Assembly: GCA_038208905.1 (NCBI GenBank)
Contig: JBBQYG010000046.1
Location: 1 to 26,040, forward strand
DNA: 26,040 nucleotides
Origin: Candidatus Sumerlaeia bacterium
Lineage (GTDB): Bacteria > Sumerlaeota > Sumerlaeia > SLMS01
Direction of reading: 5' to 3'
Shown here: one piece after another, positions 1 to 8,858 of the stretch
Layout of the letters: each line of letters opens with the position of its first letter
Position numbering within the stretch: position 1 is the stretch's first letter
Made by a program: the position numbers and the translations under genes
The notes under the pieces: model-generated
The model's input: only the letters and a program-made list of their open reading frames with translations
What the model was told of the DNA's origin: nothing
Databases searched by the model: none

Positions 1-9
1 AGGAGCCCC

Positions 10-804
10 GTGGCCTCCGCCGAATGGCTCAAGAAAGCAAAGGCCAAAGCCAAGGCGCCCATCCAGCGCCGCCGCCGGGCCGCGCCCGCCCGAAAGCCCC
101 CGGCGCCCGGGGCCGACGCCCTGCCGCCGGTGATCCTGCTGCATGGCATCCTGCTGACGCGGCACACGCTGTGGCCGCTGATGTGGAGGCTGCGCCGGCG
201 CGGGCGCCGCGTGTGGACGATCCCCTACCAGAGCACGCTCCACGATATTCCCGAGTGCGCCCATCGCGTGGCGCTGCGTCTCAAGGCGCTGGGCATCCGG
301 GAATTCGACGCCGTCACGTTTTCCATGGGGGGCATCGTCCTGAGGTGGGCCATGAACAACGAGGCGATGCCGCGCCTTCGCCGCGTGGTGATGATCGGCC
401 CGCCCAACTCGGGTTCCCACACGGCCGATACGCTGCACCGCTGGCTGGGCCCCGTATTCCCGCTGGTATGGGGCGCCGCGGGGCTCCAGTTGCGCCGCAA
501 CCCGAAGGGGGTTGCCGGGCGGGCGGGGCTGCTCCCGGGGGCGGAGCTCGGCATCCTCGTCGGCGGCAGCGGCACCCCACGCGGGCTCCCCAATCCCTTC
601 CGCATCCCCGGCGACAACGATGGCATTGTGGGCGTGGAGGAATCCATCATCCGCGGGATGAAGGACATCGTCCAGGTAAACGCCAGCCACCGCACGATCT
701 ACCTGCGCGGCCGCACCGCCGAGTTGGCCCACACCTTTCTGGAGCACGGCGTCTTCCGGCCCGACGCGGCCAACGATACCGACGGAGAGAAGGAGGAGGG
801 GTAG
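10..804 (+). CDS. alpha/beta-hydrolase fold protein (lipase/esterase-like)
   Basis: GTG start after AGGAG (1-5); oxyanion motif VILLHG; nucleophile elbow variant TFSMGG; GPPNSGS; putative catalytic Asp (NDGIV) and His (ASH); basic N-terminal extension. Confidence 0.85.
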   Translation: MASAEWLKKAKAKAKAPIQRRRRAAPARKPPAPGADALPPVILLHGILLTRHTLWPLMWRLRRRGRRVWTIPYQSTLHDIPECAHRVALRLKALGIREFDAVTFSMGGIVLRWAMNNEAMPRLRRVVMIGPPNSGSHTADTLHRWLGPVFPLVWGAAGLQLRRNPKGVAGRAGLLPGAELGILVGGSGTPRGLPNPFRIPGDNDGIVGVEESIIRGMKDIVQVNASHRTIYLRGRTAELAHTFLEHGVFRPDAANDTDGEKEEG

Positions 805-921
805 GGCGCTGCAATACGCGCCGCCCTGTCCGTTTTCGCTCGCCACACCGGCCCGGGTCATGCGGCATGGCGCCCACTCGCAACACATCAGAAAGGCCCT
901 CGCGCGCTTTAGACCGTCCGG

Positions 922-3900
922 ATGCTTCCATTCCTCCTCCTGCTTCCATTCTTCGGCGCCGCGCTGCTGATGCTGCTGCCTCGCGAGAGGCTCAGCCCGC
1001 TGATTCCGGCCCAGGCCACCGTCATGGTGACGCTGGGGTGCCTGGCGCTGCTGGGCGTCGCGACATTCCTTCCGCCATCGCTTGAGTTGCAGGAAATCAC
1101 CGGCGAGCGATTCCATCACTTCCACGCGGATTGGATGCCGTCGATCGGGCTGACGTTCTCGCTGTGGCTCGATGGGCCGGCGCTGTTCTTCTGCTGGATG
1201 GTGCTTGGGATCGGGCTGCTGATCTTTGTCTATGCCGGCTTCTATATGGACCCGGCGGATTCGCCGTGGCGGTTTTTTGGCACGATGATGCTGTTCATGG
1301 GATCGATGCTTGGCGTGGTGATGTCGCGCAACGCCCTGTTGATGTTTGTGTTCTGGGAGCTCACGTCGCTCACTTCGTTCATCCTGATCGGCCACTGGCA
1401 CCACAAGGAATCGGCGCGCAAGGGTGCTATGCGCGCCCTGGTGGTGACGGGGCTTGGCGGGCTGTGCCTGATGGCGGGGATCGCGGGGTACTTCTGGATC
1501 CTCTCCACGGCGTCGGCGCCGGGATACGTTTTCGATCCATCGACGGCGCTGAACTGGGACAGCCTGTGGGCGAACCGCGAGTTGCTGCTGAACCACCCGG
1601 CGTCGGTGGCGTGCCTGATGTTGGTGCTGCTGGGGGCGTTCACCAAGAGCGCCCAGTTCCCCTTTCACTTCTGGCTGCCGGGCGCCATGGAGGCCCCCAC
1701 GCCGGTGTCGGCGTTCCTGCACGCGGCGACGATGGTCAAGGCGGGCATCTATCTGCTGGGGCGGCTGTATCCGATCTATTGGAGCTGGGAACTGTGGCTG
1801 ATCCTGGTGGGATCGGCGGGCGTGATCACGATGCTGGTGGGCGGGTTCATGGCGATGACGAGCCGCGACCTGAAGCAGTTGCTTGCGCACTCCACGGTGA
1901 GCCAACTTGGCCTGCTGACCGCGTACTATGGTTTCGGTTTCGACCGCGCGGGCGGCGATAAGCCGTTGCCGATGGACCTGCTGCTGGTGCTGAGCCATGC
2001 GATGTTCAAGGGCGCGCTGTTCATGATCGTGGGCGTCATCGACCACGGCGCCCACACACGGGAATGGACGCGTCTGGGCGGCCTGCGCAAGTACATGCCC
2101 GTGACCACGGTGCTGACGATCGTCGCGTGTGCCTCGATGGCGGGGTTCCCGCTGACGTTTGGCTTCGTTGCGAAGGAACTCTTCCTGAAGACGGCGCTGT
2201 CGCTGCACGCGTCGAGCCCGTTGCTGGCCTATGGGCTTCCCGCGGTGGCAATCATCGCCAGCCTGTTCACGGTTGCCTATTCGCTGCGCATGGCGGTCTC
2301 CCCGTTCTTTGGCAAGCCGCGCGATCCGAGCATCCACGAGCATGACATCTACAGCATTGAGGAACGAGGCGATGCGGAGGACGACGCCCACGATGGCTCC
2401 GATGGCGCGGCGTCGCACGCCCATGCGGCCGGCGTTCACGAGGGCGGTCCGGGACTGCTTATTCCGCCAGGGATTCTGGTGCTGGCGTGCCTGGTGGCTG
2501 GATTTTGGTCACCGTTTCTGGGCGACCTTCTATCGCCGCTGGTGAACGCGCCTTTCTATGGAACCGAGAGCGGGTTCACCGTGGCGTTCTTCCACCATGC
2601 CGACAAGTTGCTCTGGACCGCGGTGTTCCTGTTTGGCGTGGGCGTCCTCGTCTTCCTGGCGGGGAAGCGCATCATGGAATCCTATGAGCGCGCGGGGAGC
2701 CCGGCGATTTTCCGGCACGCCTACGAGGCGATCTTCGACCGAGCGATTCCCTCGCTGGCGGCGTGGACCGCGCGGACGAGCCAGACGCCGTCGCTCCGGC
2801 GCAGCATCGCGGTCTTTTTTGCGGCGGCGTTCGGAATCGTGGTGGCGGCGATGGGCTATTCGGGCTTTGGCCTGCCGGGCGCGATCGCGATACCGGCGGG
2901 CTTGTGGATGGCGACGCTCCCCATCGCGCTGACGCTGCCGTGCCTGTGGGTGGCGGCCACGCATCGCGTGCTGCTGGTGCGCGTGCTGGCGATGGCGCCG
3001 ATTGGATTCTTTGTCGCCATGTTCTTTGTGTTCTTTCGCGCGCCGGACTTGGCGCTGACGCAGATCCTGGTGGAAGTGGTTATTCTGATCGTGCTGCTGA
3101 TGGTGCTGTTCCGCCTGCCCCAGCGCTTCGAGCCGCGTCAGTTGCGCTTCGATCCGACGGCGGGGGCGATTGCGCTGGTGGGCGCGCTGGTCATGGCCGC
3201 GCTGACGTACTCCGCGATGGGAAGCCCGTGGCGCCATGCGCCAACGCTGGAGGGCCAGCCGTCCGTCCGAGACTACTATCTTGGCAATGCGAAATACCCC
3301 GCGATGACCAGCGAGGAAGCCGCCGCGATCGGCTATCCCGGCGCCAGCAACATGCGGTCGGGCGGCGGCACCAACGTGGTCAACGTGACGCTGGTGGACT
3401 TTCGCGGGATCGACACCTTTGGCGAGATCATCGTGCTTGGCATCTCCGCCATCGGCGTCCTGTGCCTGTTGACGGTTAATCGGCGCCGCCGATCGGACAA
3501 CTGGCGCGGGGGAGCCCTGGACGATGTGGGCCATGTGAGCGATATCGTGAATCCCGAGACGCACCGGCAACTGGAAATGCCCTATCGCGCGTGGCCGTCG
3601 CCGTCGCTCCTGCTGTCGGAGATCGGCCGCCTGGCGCCGGGCTTTGTGCTGATCTTCGCGGCGGTGCTTTTCTTTGCGGGCCACAACGCGCCCGGCGGCG
3701 GATTCATCGCCGGCCTGATGGTGAGCGTTGGCCTCGCGATGGTGCTGATCGCGGTCAGCTGGACGCGGTCGCGGCATCTGGAGCGCTTCGACTTTGTGCG
3801 GCTGATCGGCGTGGGTCTGCTGGTGGCCCTGCTGACGGTGGTGGTGCCGGAACTCTTTGGCCTGCCGTTCCTGACCAGCGGCCACTGGCATTTCCACCTG

Positions 3901-4011
3901 CCGCTGCTGGGCGGGGGCGAGTTTGCGACGGCGGCAATCTTCGACCTGGGCGTGTTCCTGCTGGTGGTGGGCGCCACGATGCTCGTGGTCCAGAAGCTGG
4001 GGAAGGAATAG
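922..4011 (+). CDS. mrpA: Mrp Na+/H+ antiporter subunit A' (MrpA-MrpB fusion)
   Basis: NuoL/MrpA motifs FWELTS, TKSAQFPFHFWLPGAMEAPTPVSAFLHAATMVKAG, HSTVSQLG, APDLALTQ, NVVNVTLVDFRGIDTFGE; C-terminal MrpB motifs GHNAPGGGFIAGL and FDLGVFLLVVG. Confidence 0.95.
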   Translation: MLPFLLLLPFFGAALLMLLPRERLSPLIPAQATVMVTLGCLALLGVATFLPPSLELQEITGERFHHFHADWMPSIGLTFSLWLDGPALFFCWMVLGIGLLIFVYAGFYMDPADSPWRFFGTMMLFMGSMLGVVMSRNALLMFVFWELTSLTSFILIGHWHHKESARKGAMRALVVTGLGGLCLMAGIAGYFWILSTASAPGYVFDPSTALNWDSLWANRELLLNHPASVACLMLVLLGAFTKSAQFPFHFWLPGAMEAPTPVSAFLHAATMVKAGIYLLGRLYPIYWSWELWLILVGSAGVITMLVGGFMAMTSRDLKQLLAHSTVSQLGLLTAYYGFGFDRAGGDKPLPMDLLLVLSHAMFKGALFMIVGVIDHGAHTREWTRLGGLRKYMPVTTVLTIVACASMAGFPLTFGFVAKELFLKTALSLHASSPLLAYGLPAVAIIASLFTVAYSLRMAVSPFFGKPRDPSIHEHDIYSIEERGDAEDDAHDGSDGAASHAHAAGVHEGGPGLLIPPGILVLACLVAGFWSPFLGDLLSPLVNAPFYGTESGFTVAFFHHADKLLWTAVFLFGVGVLVFLAGKRIMESYERAGSPAIFRHAYEAIFDRAIPSLAAWTARTSQTPSLRRSIAVFFAAAFGIVVAAMGYSGFGLPGAIAIPAGLWMATLPIALTLPCLWVAATHRVLLVRVLAMAPIGFFVAMFFVFFRAPDLALTQILVEVVILIVLLMVLFRLPQRFEPRQLRFDPTAGAIALVGALVMAALTYSAMGSPWRHAPTLEGQPSVRDYYLGNAKYPAMTSEEAAAIGYPGASNMRSGGGTNVVNVTLVDFRGIDTFGEIIVLGISAIGVLCLLTVNRRRRSDNWRGGALDDVGHVSDIVNPETHRQLEMPYRAWPSPSLLLSEIGRLAPGFVLIFAAVLFFAGHNAPGGGFIAGLMVSVGLAMVLIAVSWTRSRHLERFDFVRLIGVGLLVALLTVVVPELFGLPFLTSGHWHFHLPLLGGGEFATAAIFDLGVFLLVVGATMLVVQKLGKE

Positions 4012-4014
4012 CCC

Positions 4015-4371
4015 ATGGAACTGCTCATCACGCTCTTCGTCTTTGTGCTCTATTTCGGCGGTTTCTATCTGATGATGCGGCGCCATGTGTTCGAGGTGTT
4101 GCTGGGCACGCTGTTGCTGACGCACGCGACCAGCATGCTCCTGATCGCGATGGGCGGATGGAAGCCGGAGGAGAGGCCGCCGATCCTGGTGCCCTCCGCG
4201 GAACTGCCGCTTTCCGCCTATGCGGACCCGGTGCCGCAGGCGCTGATCCTGACGGCGATCGTGATCGGGTTCGGCGTTACCGCGTATCTGGTGGTGCTGA
4301 TCATGCGCGGCAACGAGGAGATGAACGATATGGAGATGACGGAGCGCCCGCGCGAGGAGGACGAGGCGTGA
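4015..4371 (+). CDS. mrpC: Mrp antiporter subunit C
   Basis: DPVPQALILTAIVIGFG signature; three hydrophobic segments; follows mrpA'. Confidence 0.95.
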   Translation: MELLITLFVFVLYFGGFYLMMRRHVFEVLLGTLLLTHATSMLLIAMGGWKPEERPPILVPSAELPLSAYADPVPQALILTAIVIGFGVTAYLVVLIMRGNEEMNDMEMTERPREEDEA

Positions 4372-5906
4372 CGAATCTGATCCTGACTCCAATCCTGCTG
4401 CCGATGGCGGGCGCCGTGGCGTGCCTTTTTCTGCGCGGGTCGCTGGGCGCCCAGCGCACCGTGGCGGGCGCCATCGCGACAGCGATGGTTCCGCTGGCGC
4501 TGTACCTGCTCTCGCTCGTGTGGCGGGACGGCATCCAGGTCGTCCGCGCCAGCATGTGGCCCGGCGGATACGGGATCGTTTTCGCGCTGGATCTGCTGGG
4601 GGCCGTGATGCTGTGCCTGGCCGCGGTCACCTTTGCCGCGTCGTGGTGGTTTGTGGCGGCGGGCGCCATGCCGCGCGCCCAGGAAAAGGCACTCGTGCAC
4701 CCGCTTTTCCTTCTTCTGGGCGCGGGCGTGAACTGGGCATTTACCACGGGCGATTTGTTCAATTTGTTTGTCAGCTTCGAGATCATCCTGCTTTCGAGCT
4801 ACGTCCTGCTGGCGCACGAGAACGGGCGCGGCCAAACGCGCGAAGGCTTGAAGTTCATGTTACTGAACATGATCGCCAGCATCTTCTTCCTGGCGTCGGC
4901 GGGGCTTGCCTACGGCATGTTCGGGGCGCTGAACATGGCCGATTTGGCCGTCCGGATCGCCCAGGCCGGCCAGCCCGCCGCCGCCACGGTACTGGGCACG
5001 ATGCTGTTCCTGACCTTCGGCGCCAAGGCCGCGGTTTTTCCACTCTTCTTCTGGATGCCCGACGCCTATCCCAAGGCGCCGCGCGGCATCGTGGCCTATT
5101 TCAGCGGCATCCTGACGAAGGTGGGCGTGTATTGTCTATACAGGATGTTCCCGCTGATGTTCCCCGCCGCCGAGACATTCGCGGGGTGGTTCCAGCCGTT
5201 GATCCTGGCGGTGGGCGCGGGGACGATGCTGGTGGGCGTGCTCTGCGCGCTGAGCCAGATGACGATGAAGCGCATCCTCTCCTTCCATATCATCAGCCAG
5301 ATTGGCTACATGATCTTTGCGCTCGGCATTTTCACCAAGCTGGGCCTCGCCGCCGGCATCTTCTTTATCATCCACCAGATCATCGTGAAGGCCTCGATGT
5401 TTCTGGTCGCCGATGCGGTCGAGGTGAACGAGGGAAGCCAGGAACTAAGCAAGGTCGGCGGCTTGGTGGCGGTGTATCCCGGCCTCGCAGTGATCTTTCT
5501 CTTCGCATCGCTTTCGCTCGCGGGGATTCCTCCGCTTAGCGGCTTCTATGGCAAGTACGCCCTGGTGGTGGAGGGCCTCGTGCGCGGCCACACGTTCTAT
5601 GTGGTGGTGTCGCTGGTGACGAGCATCCTGACGCTGATGAGCATGATGAAGATATGGCGCTATGCCTTCTGGCGCGACCGCATACGCCCGGCCAACGCGC
5701 CCGTGCACGGCAACCGCGGCGTGATCGTGGCCACCGGCGCGTTGGTGGCTGTGTCGATCGTCGTGGCCGTGTTCAGCGGGCCAATCATGCGCCTTTCCAC
5801 CGCCACGGCGGAGCAGATGATCGACCGCGAGCAGTATGTCTTCGCGGTGCTGGGCGATCGCGGGCTTGCGGCCCTGCGCGCGGCGGAGGAGGCATCGAAG
5901 CCATGA
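4368..5906 (+). CDS. mrpD: Mrp antiporter subunit D
   Basis: GTG start overlaps the mrpC stop (GTGA), in frame with ORF 3591..5906; motifs TGDLFNLFVSFEI, KAAVFPLFFWMPDAY, KRILSFHIISQIGYM, GIPPLSGFYGK. Confidence 0.95.
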   Translation: MTNLILTPILLPMAGAVACLFLRGSLGAQRTVAGAIATAMVPLALYLLSLVWRDGIQVVRASMWPGGYGIVFALDLLGAVMLCLAAVTFAASWWFVAAGAMPRAQEKALVHPLFLLLGAGVNWAFTTGDLFNLFVSFEIILLSSYVLLAHENGRGQTREGLKFMLLNMIASIFFLASAGLAYGMFGALNMADLAVRIAQAGQPAAATVLGTMLFLTFGAKAAVFPLFFWMPDAYPKAPRGIVAYFSGILTKVGVYCLYRMFPLMFPAAETFAGWFQPLILAVGAGTMLVGVLCALSQMTMKRILSFHIISQIGYMIFALGIFTKLGLAAGIFFIIHQIIVKASMFLVADAVEVNEGSQELSKVGGLVAVYPGLAVIFLFASLSLAGIPPLSGFYGKYALVVEGLVRGHTFYVVVSLVTSILTLMSMMKIWRYAFWRDRIRPANAPVHGNRGVIVATGALVAVSIVVAVFSGPIMRLSTATAEQMIDREQYVFAVLGDRGLAALRAAEEASKP

Positions 5907-6394
5907 AGGGCTACCTCTACCTCCTCATCCTCGTCGTCGGGTATGTCCTGGTCGCCGGGGTCACGCCGATGAACGCCCTGTTTGCCGCGGTGATCGCCGT
6001 GGCGATCATCAAGGCGATGCCCCAGTTTCCGGGCCACGAGAAGCTCTCGCTTCCCGGGATCGCCAGTCCTGCCCGGATGGGCCGGATCGCGGCAAACCTC
6101 GCTGCCTTCTCGTGGGATTTCATCGTGGATCTCACCATGGCCAACCTGGTGATCGCATGGGAAGTTTGGACACCGCGGGATCGCTATAGGCCGCGGCTGG
6201 TGGAGGTGAAGGTGGATGACCTCTCGGATTTCGAGACCGCCATGCTCGCCTCGCGCATCACCCTGACGCCGGGCACGCTGAGCATCGACGTCACGGAGGA
6301 CCGCCAGACGCTGATCGTTCACGCGATGTATCCCGGCGAGGACACCGAGGCGTCGCTTCGGCGCCCCATCGACCTCCTCAGGAAGGGACTCTAA
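5903..6394 (+). CDS. mrpE: Mrp antiporter subunit E
   Basis: ATGA overlap with the mrpD stop; ITLTPGTLSIDV and LIVHAM motifs. Confidence 0.92.
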   Translation: MKGYLYLLILVVGYVLVAGVTPMNALFAAVIAVAIIKAMPQFPGHEKLSLPGIASPARMGRIAANLAAFSWDFIVDLTMANLVIAWEVWTPRDRYRPRLVEVKVDDLSDFETAMLASRITLTPGTLSIDVTEDRQTLIVHAMYPGEDTEASLRRPIDLLRKGL

Positions 6395-6398
6395 CCCG

Positions 6399-6677
6399 AT
6401 GGAATACTTCACCCTTCCCCTGCAACTGGCCGCGCTGGCCATCCTGGGCCTGTCGCTGGTCCTTGTCATGTACCGAGTGCTTCACGGGCCCCACATCCTG
6501 GACCGCGTCATGTGTATAGACGGCGTCGCGCTGATCGTGGTGTGCCTGATCGCGGTGTGGAATGTCCGCTCTGGCACCACGTTCTTCTTCGACTCGATCC
6601 TGCTGCTTGCGATCGCGGGCTTTGTGAGCACAGTGGCGGTGTGCAAGTACCTGGAGCGCGGCGATGTCATTGAGTGA
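6399..6677 (+). CDS. mrpF: Mrp antiporter subunit F
   Basis: GPHILDRVMCID motif; GFVSTVA; three hydrophobic segments. Confidence 0.93.
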   Translation: MEYFTLPLQLAALAILGLSLVLVMYRVLHGPHILDRVMCIDGVALIVVCLIAVWNVRSGTTFFFDSILLLAIAGFVSTVAVCKYLERGDVIE

Positions 6678-7032
6678 CGCCCTCTCCATCCTGTGCATCG
6701 CGCTGATCTTCGCGGGTCTGTTCTTCGTGCTGACGGGAACCATCGGCGTGCTGAAGTTCAAGGACCTCTATACGCGCATGCACGCGATCAGCAAGGGGAC
6801 CACCTTTGGCTTCATGTTTGTGCTGATCGGATGCGCCGGGCTGATGGGGACGCCGATGGACATGGGCAAGGCGCTTCTGGCGATCCTGTTCCAGTTCCTG
6901 ACCGCCCCCATCGCCAGCCACATGGTCGGGCGCGTGGCGATGAAGAAGGGCATTCGCCCCATCTCCAGCCCCGACGACGAGGCGCCGGGCGTGCCCGCCA
7001 GCACCGTGATCCGCGCGCCCGGCGCCGAGTAG
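6664..7032 (+). CDS. mrpG: Mrp antiporter subunit G
   Basis: FKDLYTRMHAISKGTTFG and LTAPIASH motifs. Confidence 0.93.
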   Translation: MSLSDALSILCIALIFAGLFFVLTGTIGVLKFKDLYTRMHAISKGTTFGFMFVLIGCAGLMGTPMDMGKALLAILFQFLTAPIASHMVGRVAMKKGIRPISSPDDEAPGVPASTVIRAPGAE

Positions 7033-7041
7033 CGCCCGCGC

Positions 7042-7210
7042 CTGGGCTGTGTTTGATAAATGGCTTCGAGCTGGTCCGTTGAGCGAGAACGAGTCACGAC
7101 GATGGCGCCGGTGACGAGGCGATGTGGTTCATCGCTGGGGAATCGCGACGCGTCGGGAGGAAGGTTCGCAGCCATCGCAAAGCCGAATGCAATTGTCAAA
7201 CACAGCCTAG
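7042..7210. mobile_element. MITE-like non-autonomous element (~169 bp)
   Basis: Terminal inverted repeats CTGGGCTGTGTTTGATAAATG (7042-7062) and CAATTGTCAAACACAGCCTAG (7190-7210), 18/21 matching; fills the gap between convergent genes; no transposase. Confidence 0.65.
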
Positions 7211-8700
7211 CGCACCATCCACACATCCAACGGCGGCACGCCGGGGAGGCTCTCGTTGCCGAGCCGGTCCACCGCCGTCACCGTCGCGAATTCCGGCGCC
7301 GCCCCCGTGATCAGGAAGCTGCCCGCCGTGGCGGGAAGGATCTGGTACTCCCACGCGCCCTGTCTATAAATATAGACGACAAAGGCAAACAGCGGATCGG
7401 CGCCGGCGGTGCTCCACTCCAGCGTCGTCCCGCCTCCGCCGGCGGTCGTCGAAAGCGTCGGCGCGGCGGGCGGGACGTTGTCCAGCCACGTGCTGGCGGG
7501 GATCAGCGCGCGGCTTGCGTACTCCGCCGCGATCAGGCCTCGCGAGCCAAGGGTGTTGTCCGATAGCTGGCTCATGCTGAAGAACACGTTCCCCGTGGCA
7601 CCCGGCCTGAGCCGCGTCGCCGCGATCTGGTCGGTGATTTCGGTCGCCAGCCCGCCGCCATAGCTGGTTTGGCCAATGCGGTAGAGCCCCAGGCCGGGCC
7701 AGATGTGGCGGCCCCGGGTATTCTGGCTGATCCACCAGTCGAGGAGCGCCGTGTAGCTCTGCTGGGGCGGCGAGATCGACCAGTAGAGCTGGGGCGTGAA
7801 GTAGTCCACCCAGCCGCTGTTCAGCCACAGCTTGGAATCCCCATAGATCGCGTTGTAGGCATCGAGTCCCGTGACGCCCGGCGGGTTGCCGGGTCGCCAG
7901 ATACCAAAGGGGCTTAGCCCAAACTTCACGCCGGGCTTCACCTCCTTGATCATCGCATGGCAGTCGCGGATGAAGTCGCTGACATTCTTGCGGCGCCAGT
8001 TGGCGAGGCTCAGCGAGCCGCCGCCGTCGAGGTACGTCTGGTACGTGGCCTCGTCTGGGAATGTCAGGCCGGTCTCGGGATAGGGATAAAAGTAATCGTC
8101 GAAATGGATGCCATCGACATCGTAGCGCTCGATCACGTCGCGGACGACGGAGAGGAGATAGGCGGGGACCTCGGGCTCACCCGGGTCGAGGATCTTGCGG
8201 GTGCCGTAATCGCGGACAAGGTCGGGCCTCTCCGCGATAATATGGGTGGAGTGGATCGTGTAGGCGGTGGGGTTGCGCGCGCGATAGGGGTTCATCCACG
8301 CGTGCAGCTCCATGTTGCGCGCATGGGCCGCGTCGATGGCGAACTGCAACGGGTCCCAGATGGGATTGGGCGCGCGGCCCTGCTGACCCGTGAGCCAGTG
8401 GGACCACGGCTCGATGGTCGAGGGATAGAGCGCGTCGCATTCCGGCCGAATCTGCAGGATGGCTGCGTTCAGGCCCGCGTTCTTCAGCGTGTCCAGGATC
8501 GCGATCAGCTCGGCCTGCTGCTGGGCCGTGGTGCGATTGCGGCTGCTGGGCCAGTCGATGTTGGAGACCGTGGCGACCCACGCGGCGCGGAACTCCCGGG
8601 GCACCAGGTCCGGCGGCGGCACCGGCTGGGCCGAGCCCAATCCCGACAGGCAAAGCGCCAAGGCCAACGCGGCGAGCTGACGAAACAACGACTTGAACAT
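7207..8700 (-). CDS. secreted glycoside hydrolase, GHL10 / YddW(DigH)-like family
   Basis: Signal peptide MFKSLFRQLAALALALCLSGLGSA; EFRAAWVATVSNIDWPS, HAWMNPYRA, DGIHFDDYFYPY, SPFGIWR, WVDYFTPQLYW; short C-terminal beta-rich domain. Start at ATG 8700 (upstream GAGGG) rather than ORF start 8847. Confidence 0.9.
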   Translation of the reverse strand: MFKSLFRQLAALALALCLSGLGSAQPVPPPDLVPREFRAAWVATVSNIDWPSSRNRTTAQQQAELIAILDTLKNAGLNAAILQIRPECDALYPSTIEPWSHWLTGQQGRAPNPIWDPLQFAIDAAHARNMELHAWMNPYRARNPTAYTIHSTHIIAERPDLVRDYGTRKILDPGEPEVPAYLLSVVRDVIERYDVDGIHFDDYFYPYPETGLTFPDEATYQTYLDGGGSLSLANWRRKNVSDFIRDCHAMIKEVKPGVKFGLSPFGIWRPGNPPGVTGLDAYNAIYGDSKLWLNSGWVDYFTPQLYWSISPPQQSYTALLDWWISQNTRGRHIWPGLGLYRIGQTSYGGGLATEITDQIAATRLRPGATGNVFFSMSQLSDNTLGSRGLIAAEYASRALIPASTWLDNVPPAAPTLSTTAGGGGTTLEWSTAGADPLFAFVVYIYRQGAWEYQILPATAGSFLITGAAPEFATVTAVDRLGNESLPGVPPLDVWMVR

Positions 8701-8733
8701 GCGAGCCCTCTTCCCCAATCCGAAGTGGGTCGC

Positions 8734-8763
8734 ATGCTGTGGCAGGCGCGGGGGATAGGTCAA
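8734..8763 (-). promoter_or_regulatory. putative sigma70 promoter of the glycoside hydrolase
   Basis: Minus strand TTGACC-N18-CAGCAT, ending ~33 bp upstream of ATG 8700. Confidence 0.35.
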
Positions 8764-8858
8764 GCCGCGGATGGCGGCTAGGTTGGCCCGGGGCGATGCC
8801 CATTGCTCCGCCGGGGCTGGGTGGCTTTCCTTGCCATTTGGTATCAACGGGGACCGTA

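Noticed and set aside
805-921. Na+ or c-di-AMP riboswitch upstream of mrpA (also considered for 8701-8858)
   Set aside because: No conserved motif or terminator recognisable by eye
2530-4392. 620-aa minus-strand ORF, and the N-terminal part of ORF 3591..5906
   Set aside because: Shadow or alternate-frame readings of mrpA'/mrpC; the real mrpD begins at GTG 4368
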